Source of the DNA: Roseibacillus sp.
Lineage (GTDB): Bacteria; Verrucomicrobiota; Verrucomicrobiia; Verrucomicrobiales; Akkermansiaceae
Length of the DNA: 64,000 nucleotides
Assembly (NCBI GenBank): GCA_965242925.1
Contig: CBDEUM010000024.1
Coordinates: 1-64,000 of the forward strand
Direction: 5' to 3'
The first letter of the stretch is position 1; every line of letters begins with the position of its first letter. Positions 58,532-64,000 of this stretch are shown here, one piece after another. The notes below the pieces were generated by a model. That model saw nothing but the letters and a program-made list of their open reading frames with translations. It had not been told where the DNA came from and made no database searches. Position numbers and translations under genes: made by a program.

Positions 58532-59446
58532 TCAGGGGACCGGCGTCTGGTTAAGAGCGGCGTCGATGATGGGATCGGGATCGAGGGTGTCCTCGGTGAG
58601 GAGACGGTGCCGCAGGACATGGGGGAAGACTGCCTGCAGGTGGTCGGGGTGAACGGCGGACTGGCCGTCGAGGAGGGCATGGGCACGGGCGGCGGCCTGC
58701 AGGGCGAGGGCTCCGCGTACGGAGACAGCGTGGTCCTGACCTGCCAGAGACCTGGCAGATTGGCAGAGAGCCAGGAGATAACGCTGCAGGGTGTCGGAGA
58801 TGGGAAGCTCTGTGACCTGCTCCTGGAGGGTGATCAGATCCACCAGGCGCAGGATGGGGGGAACGTCATCCTGGCACAGGGCTCCGTTGCGGTGGAGTTT
58901 GAGAATATCGAGCTGACAGTCCTCTGAAGGCAGGGCCATCGGGATGGAGAGGAGGAAACGGTCCAGCTGCGGCTCGGGCAGGGGGAAGGTTCCCGTGGAC
59001 GAGGTGTTGTTCTGGGTAGCCACCACCAGAAAGGGATCGGGGAGCTCTTTTGTTTCTCCGTCGATGGAAACCTGCCGCTCGTTCATGGACTCAAGAAGGG
59101 CGGACTGGGTGCGGGGAGAGGCGCGGTTGATTTCGTCTGCCAAAAGGAGGTTGGAGAAGACAGGTCCCGGAACGAACTCGAACTCACCATTCTGCTGGCG
59201 GTAGAGATTGTAACCGATGATGTCGGAGGGAAGCAGATCAGGGGTAAACTGGAGGCGCTTGAAGATGCCGCCGACGGAGGCGGCAAGGGCAGAGGCCAAG
59301 GAGGTCTTTCCGATTCCGGGCGGGCCCGTCACGAGAGCATGGCCCCGGGCGAGGAGGGCCGTGAGGAGAAGGTCGGTCGCCTGCTCGGAGCCCAGAATGG
59401 TATCGTTGAGCGTCCTGCGGAGCGTCTGAAGGGAATCGTGAGGCAC
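58532..59446 (-). CDS. MoxR family AAA+ ATPase
   Basis: GPPGIGKT, QFTPDLLPSDI, LLADEINRA, PLPEPQLDRF, VLRHR. Confidence 0.95.
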   Translation of the reverse strand: MPHDSLQTLRRTLNDTILGSEQATDLLLTALLARGHALVTGPPGIGKTSLASALAASVGGIFKRLQFTPDLLPSDIIGYNLYRQQNGEFEFVPGPVFSNLLLADEINRASPRTQSALLESMNERQVSIDGETKELPDPFLVVATQNNTSSTGTFPLPEPQLDRFLLSIPMALPSEDCQLDILKLHRNGALCQDDVPPILRLVDLITLQEQVTELPISDTLQRYLLALCQSARSLAGQDHAVSVRGALALQAAARAHALLDGQSAVHPDHLQAVFPHVLRHRLLTEDTLDPDPIIDAALNQTPVP

Positions 59447-59682
59447 GGAGATGAGTTACTCGCTAAACCCGGAGGGGAAAATGGGAAATTTCCTGAGGGT
59501 CTGAAGTGTTGCTGGTGTTTTTCCAGGTAATAGAACGTGGCGGAGGCCCCTTTCTTGGCACTTTTTGGGAGCGCCACGGAGAAGGCCTGAGAAGCCGGAG
59601 CTCCTGGCATGAAGATCGGGCGGTTGAGCAGGGCCGGCCCGGGCTGGATTTCGGAGACCGGGGGATTAATGAGCGAAATTGG

Positions 59683-60267
59683 TTAGTCTGGCTTGAGGCT
59701 GGCAGCAACCTCCGCGATGGCCGCGGGGTAGATCTTGTGCTCCTCGATCTGGATGCGGGCGTGGAGGGACTCCGGGGTGTCGTCAGGGAGAACGGGAACA
59801 GTGGCCTGGGAAATGACCGGGCCGGTGTCCATCCCGGCGTCCACGTAGTGCACGCTACATCCACTTTCGGTGGCACCTGCCTCCACGGCCTGGGTCCAGG
59901 CGTGAAGACCGGGGAAACTGGGGAGGAGGGAGGGGTGAATATTGATGATGCGTCTGGTGAAGGCCTGGAGGAGGGGAGCGCGCAGCAGGCGCATGAACCC
60001 GGCCAGGCAGACCAGTTCGACCCCGGATTGCCGGAGCGCTTCGGCGGTTTCGTGCTGGGCCTCTTCCGGGAAGTTCGATTTGAAATCACGGCAGTTGATG
60101 AGGCCGGTCGGCAGGCCGGCCCGGGCTGCTCGGTCCAGAATGTAGGCGTTCGGGATGTCACTGAGGACCAAGGCGATCTCGGCGTCGAGCCCGCCCGCGG
60201 CGATGGCGTCGAGAATAGCCTGCATGTTGGAACCGGAACCGGAACCGAGAATACCGAGGCGAATCAC
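59683..60267 (-). CDS. purN: phosphoribosylglycinamide formyltransferase
   Basis: GSGSNMQA, LAGFMR, NIHPSLLP.FPG, DTGP, EH. Confidence 0.97.
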   Translation of the reverse strand: MIRLGILGSGSGSNMQAILDAIAAGGLDAEIALVLSDIPNAYILDRAARAGLPTGLINCRDFKSNFPEEAQHETAEALRQSGVELVCLAGFMRLLRAPLLQAFTRRIINIHPSLLPSFPGLHAWTQAVEAGATESGCSVHYVDAGMDTGPVISQATVPVLPDDTPESLHARIQIEEHKIYPAAIAEVAASLKPD

Positions 60268-60448
60268 GGCGGGATGCTACGAGTGGAAGCACGGGGAGAC
60301 AAGCGCTCCCGGGGGAGAAGAGACAGGAGGGAGGGGGGCGGGAAGGGCGGTTTCCCGTTGGTGGTCGGGGCGGGAAATTGGACAGATTTCTCCGGCACTC
60401 AGCTTTCACTTGCCCCCACCGGGGTGGGGGGGGCATAGTCCGTGTGCT

Positions 60449-60661
60449 GTGAAACTTGCGTTTTTTATGCTGTTGAGTGTCGGCTGCGTGCTGACGATGT
60501 GTTCCTGCGGAACGGTCGATGACCATAAGGGGGGCGGTGGCGCCTTTGACGACTCCTACCTCGGGAAGCGGCTCGATTCGAATAATCCGAGCTTGGAGGA
60601 CAATCCTAACGAGAAGGGGAAGACGGCGGTGCCGTCCTACCAGCAATGGCGCGAGGAGTAG
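60449..60661 (+). CDS. small hypothetical lipoprotein
   Basis: GTG start, hydrophobic leader ending MCS-C, 70 aa, ends 30 nt before the next gene. Confidence 0.55.
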   Translation: MKLAFFMLLSVGCVLTMCSCGTVDDHKGGGGAFDDSYLGKRLDSNNPSLEDNPNEKGKTAVPSYQQWREE

Positions 60662-60691
60662 GCCGAACCTTTTCTCAAAACTCAGGCTAAA

Positions 60692-61792
60692 ATGCACGAT
60701 CCCCGGATCGACCAGCTGGCGCGACAACTGGTCCGCTACTCGACTAACCTGAAGCGGGGCGAGAAGGTTCTCGTCGACCTCTATGATGTTCCGGAAGAGA
60801 TCGGGATCGCCCTGGTCAGAGAAGCACGTGGACGGGGTGCGATTCCCTTTGTCACGGTGAATTCCCTGCGGGTCTCACGGGAACTTCTCCGGGGGGCGAC
60901 CGACGAGCAGTACCGCCTTCTCGCGAAGCACCGCATGGCTGAGATGCGTGACATGAATGCCTACATTGCGGTGCGGGGCAGCCATAACATCGCGGAGTGG
61001 AGTGACGTGCCCGCCGGGCGGATGGATCTGGTGCAGGGGCACACCCGCAAGGTTCTGCGCCATCGGGTGGAGAAAACGAAATGGTGTGTGCTGCGCTGGC
61101 CCCATGCGGCGATGGCCCAGCAGGCGGGAATGAGCACGGAGGCCTTTGAGGATTTTTACTTTCGCGTGTGTCTCCTGGATTACAGGGCACTCAAACCGGC
61201 CATGAATGCCCTTGGGCGGCTCATGACCAGGACGGACCGGGTGCAGATCAAGGGGCCGGGAACGGATCTTGAGTTCTCGATCAAGGGCATTCCCGCCATC
61301 CCCTGTGGTGGAGAGTGCAACATTCCGGACGGAGAGTGTTTTACCGCACCCGTGCGGGATTCGATAAATGGGGTGATCGCCCACAATGCGGCGACGATTT
61401 ACAACGGGATTCCGTTTGACGGCATCGTGCTCGAGTTTGAGAAAGGCAGGATTGTAAAGGCGCAGGCGGACGGAAAAAACAAAGAGATCAACAAGATTCT
61501 CGATGCGGATAACGGCGCGCGTCATATCGGCGAATTCGCACTGGGATTTAATCCGGAGATCCGGGAACCGATGCGCGACATCCTCTTCGACGAGAAGATT
61601 GCGGGCTCCTTCCACTTCACGCCCGGGCAGGCCTACGACGAAGCCAGCAACGGAAACAAATCCAAGGTTCACTGGGATATGGTGAGTATCCAGCGCAGCG
61701 ACTACGGGGGTGGTGAAATCTGGTTTGACGGCAAGCTCATCCGCAAGAACGGGAAGTTCCTGCCGAAGGCTCTGCAGAAGTTGAACTGGTAG
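60692..61792 (+). CDS. aminopeptidase, M29 (AmpS/thermophilic metalloprotease) family
   Basis: [31 protein letters not shown]. Confidence 0.93.
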   Translation: MHDPRIDQLARQLVRYSTNLKRGEKVLVDLYDVPEEIGIALVREARGRGAIPFVTVNSLRVSRELLRGATDEQYRLLAKHRMAEMRDMNAYIAVRGSHNIAEWSDVPAGRMDLVQGHTRKVLRHRVEKTKWCVLRWPHAAMAQQAGMSTEAFEDFYFRVCLLDYRALKPAMNALGRLMTRTDRVQIKGPGTDLEFSIKGIPAIPCGGECNIPDGECFTAPVRDSINGVIAHNAATIYNGIPFDGIVLEFEKGRIVKAQADGKNKEINKILDADNGARHIGEFALGFNPEIREPMRDILFDEKIAGSFHFTPGQAYDEASNGNKSKVHWDMVSIQRSDYGGGEIWFDGKLIRKNGKFLPKALQKLNW

Positions 61793-61913
61793 TTAGGGAA
61801 AGGCGGTTGCGCAGGACGGGGAAGCAGGGGGCCGCTCCCCTTTCCATTCGGCCTTTCCGCTCGCTCCGGATTCGCCTTGGAAATAGTCAGGAAATCTGAA
61901 ATTGTTAGGCGCA

Positions 61914-63347
61914 ATGCTTCGGCTAATCGGACTGTGGGTGATGCTTGCCGGCATGGCAGGCGCGCAGAGCTACGTCGCAAGCCGGGAGAAGGCTCCTTCC
62001 GCGGCCCGTGAGTTCAGGGCGGCCTGGGTGGCCTGCGTCTACAATATCGACTGGCCCCCCAGCAAGGGGTTGAGCGCCCGGACCCAGCAGGCGGAGTTGC
62101 GGCGTATCCTCGACAAGATGGCGTCCCTGCGCATGAACGCGATCATCTTCCAGGTGCGGCCGCAGGCCGATGCGGTCTACCGGTCCGGGATTGAGCCATG
62201 GTCGCCCTGGCTCACCGGCACGATGGGGCGCGATCCCGGCTACGATCCGCTGGCCTATTGCATCCAGCAGGCCCATGCACGAAATATAGAGGTCCACGCC
62301 TGGTTTAACCCCTTCCGGGCGGTTCCACATAAGGACCACCGGGTGTCCTCCAACCATGTCTCTCGCACGCATCCGTCCATTATCCGCAACTTCAAGGTTC
62401 ACAAGTGGATGGATCCCGCGAGTAGCTTTACGCGGCAGCGTGCACTTGATGTCATCATGGATGTGGTGCGGCGTTATGATGTCGATGGTGTGCACATCGA
62501 TGATTATTTCTATCCGTATCCCAGCGTGGTGAATGGGCGGGCTACGCCCGACTTCCCGGACGGAAAATCGCCCTCGCAGCGACGGAACTATGTGAACTCC
62601 TTCGTCCGCTCGATGTACTCCAAGGTGAAGGGAACCAAACCATGGGTGCGGGTTGGTATCAGCCCGTTCGGGATCTGGAAACCGGGGATTCCGCGGGGCA
62701 CCACAGCCCATATCAATGCTTACGAACACCTTGCGGCTGATTCCCGCAAGTGGCTGGCCTCGGGTTGGTGCGACTATCTATCGCCCCAGCTTTACTGGAG
62801 AATTAAGGGGCCGCAGAGTTACACCCTGCTTCTGAACTGGTGGCGCTCGCAGGGTCGCCGTCCGGTGTGGCCTGGCCTTGCGACCTCGCGCATCAAGTCC
62901 AGTGAGGACCCCGGGCGTCCCGCCAGCGAAATTGTTAATCAAGTTCAGCTCTCGCGCACCATCGGACAGAATTACGTCGGGCATGTGCACTGGAGCGCCA
63001 AGGCCCTCATGCAGAATCGTGGCGGGGTGACGAGCGCGCTGGCCAAGAGTATTTATACCCATCCCGCCCTCGTGCCGCCCATGCCGTGGTCGAGCAAATC
63101 GGAGCCACCTGCTCCCAGCGTCAAGGCCAAGAGGGCAAAGGGCGGAACGCAGGTGCGTTGGTCCCGAGTCCCGACCGCATCCAAATACGTAGTACAGGCG
63201 CGTTATGGATCGCGCTGGAACACCCTGGCGATCACTCACGGGGGGCGCCTGGATGTTACCTTGAGCGGCTCTCCCGATGCGGTGGCGGTGAGCGGAGTGG
63301 ACCGCTTTGGGACGACCTCCAGGCCCACTGTGTTGTTACGGAAGTAG
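61914..63347 (+). CDS. glycoside hydrolase family 10-like (YddW/DigH, GHL10) protein with C-terminal FN3-like segment
   Basis: REFRAAWVA, FQVRP..DA.Y, HAWFNPFR, YDVDGVHIDDYFYPY, GISPFG, PQLYW. Confidence 0.9.
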   Translation: MLRLIGLWVMLAGMAGAQSYVASREKAPSAAREFRAAWVACVYNIDWPPSKGLSARTQQAELRRILDKMASLRMNAIIFQVRPQADAVYRSGIEPWSPWLTGTMGRDPGYDPLAYCIQQAHARNIEVHAWFNPFRAVPHKDHRVSSNHVSRTHPSIIRNFKVHKWMDPASSFTRQRALDVIMDVVRRYDVDGVHIDDYFYPYPSVVNGRATPDFPDGKSPSQRRNYVNSFVRSMYSKVKGTKPWVRVGISPFGIWKPGIPRGTTAHINAYEHLAADSRKWLASGWCDYLSPQLYWRIKGPQSYTLLLNWWRSQGRRPVWPGLATSRIKSSEDPGRPASEIVNQVQLSRTIGQNYVGHVHWSAKALMQNRGGVTSALAKSIYTHPALVPPMPWSSKSEPPAPSVKAKRAKGGTQVRWSRVPTASKYVVQARYGSRWNTLAITHGGRLDVTLSGSPDAVAVSGVDRFGTTSRPTVLLRK

Positions 63348-63539
63348 TTTTAAGAGGGAACGGACACCTCCTGAGGGCAGGTTCCATTTCAGCGGGTTTT
63401 CCAGCACTAATCGTTGTGAATGACCCGATCTCAAACCACGGGGAACAGATTATCCATTCTCAAAAGTGTTGCGCTAAATTGACAATCAAGATATAAGAGA
63501 GCTCGCCTATTCCTTACATCTCTTACATCCCTTGAATTC

Positions 63540-63746
63540 ATGACTGTTCGCCTTTTCGTAACGTCAGCGGGAACCCTTATATTTGTCTGGCTAGCCACGA
63601 CCTATTTTCGGGTTGTGCCCATGGACAGTTATCTGCGCTCGGCTGCTCCCGCCGTTTCAGTTGCAGGGGCGGAGCCCGAATTGGCAGGCACCAATGTGGA
63701 AGGCCCCGCCTACGCCCTCAGGGCGGAGACGCCCTTGGAGCGATAG
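63540..63746 (+). CDS. small hypothetical membrane/secreted protein
   Basis: 68 aa, N-terminal hydrophobic helix, AT-rich upstream region, downstream hairpin. Confidence 0.45.
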   Translation: MTVRLFVTSAGTLIFVWLATTYFRVVPMDSYLRSAAPAVSVAGAEPELAGTNVEGPAYALRAETPLER

Positions 63747-63801
63747 GGCTGTAACAGCTCTCCCCACTCGGGTGGGCGTGGGGCGGATTGAAGGGTGATC
63801 G

Positions 63802-63828
63802 CGGGGAGCGGATATCGTTTCCCGTTTT
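63802..63828 (+). terminator. possible intrinsic terminator
   Basis: cggggagcg-gatat-cgtttcccg stem (with G-U pairs) followed by tttt. Confidence 0.4.
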
Positions 63829-64000
63829 CAGGCTTCCCTGTTTGAGGAGTGCCCTGGCAGCGGGAGCTTTTTGCCTGCCCGATCATTGCGGAGGCGACGA
63901 GAACGGAAGCGGTCCCTCCTATTGTGAATGGAATGAGAGGCAGCTCCCATTTGATTGGGGGGATTGCGGCCTAATCTTCTTCCTTGTTTCCTTCCCGATG

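Noticed and set aside
1..64000. Mobile elements, prophage, anti-phage defence genes, tRNA/rRNA
   Set aside because: No integrase, transposase, phage structural, nuclease/defence or structural RNA signatures recognised.

Overview
GC-rich bacterial genomic DNA, most likely from the PVC superphylum and probably Verrucomicrobia. The evidence is a PEP-CTERM protein, a DUF1549/DUF1553 + DUF1501 pair, several PQQ-like beta-propellers and a sulfatase. About 50 CDS are supported. I found no rRNA, tRNA, CRISPR array or mobile element. The right half is mostly housekeeping (leuS, rdgB, rpe, tadA, holA, citrate synthase, tsaB, purN, MoxR/DUF58/transglutaminase, M29 aminopeptidase). The main result is a ~25.6 kb run of + strand genes (11955-37570). 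It begins with a TonB-dependent receptor, two beta-propeller proteins and a DUF3311/sodium:solute symporter pair. A tightly coupled enzyme block follows: EhpF/GriC-like truncated adenylating enzyme, GriD/LuxC-like acylating aldehyde dehydrogenase, Fe-alcohol dehydrogenase, beta-propeller, HemN-like radical SAM enzyme, chorismate-lyase-like protein overlapping a flavin-dependent halogenase-like protein, GT4 glycosyltransferase, 4HBT-type thioesterase, DMT membrane protein, PaaK-like CoA ligase, MacB/FtsX-type ABC exporter and an esterase. I infer a candidate non-PKS/NRPS pathway for a modified (possibly halogenated, methylated, reduced, glycosylated) hydroxybenzoate-derived metabolite. Five genes, including the housekeeping gene rpe, carry frameshifts that look like sequencing or assembly indels. 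All functional calls come from motif recognition by eye; no database search was run.
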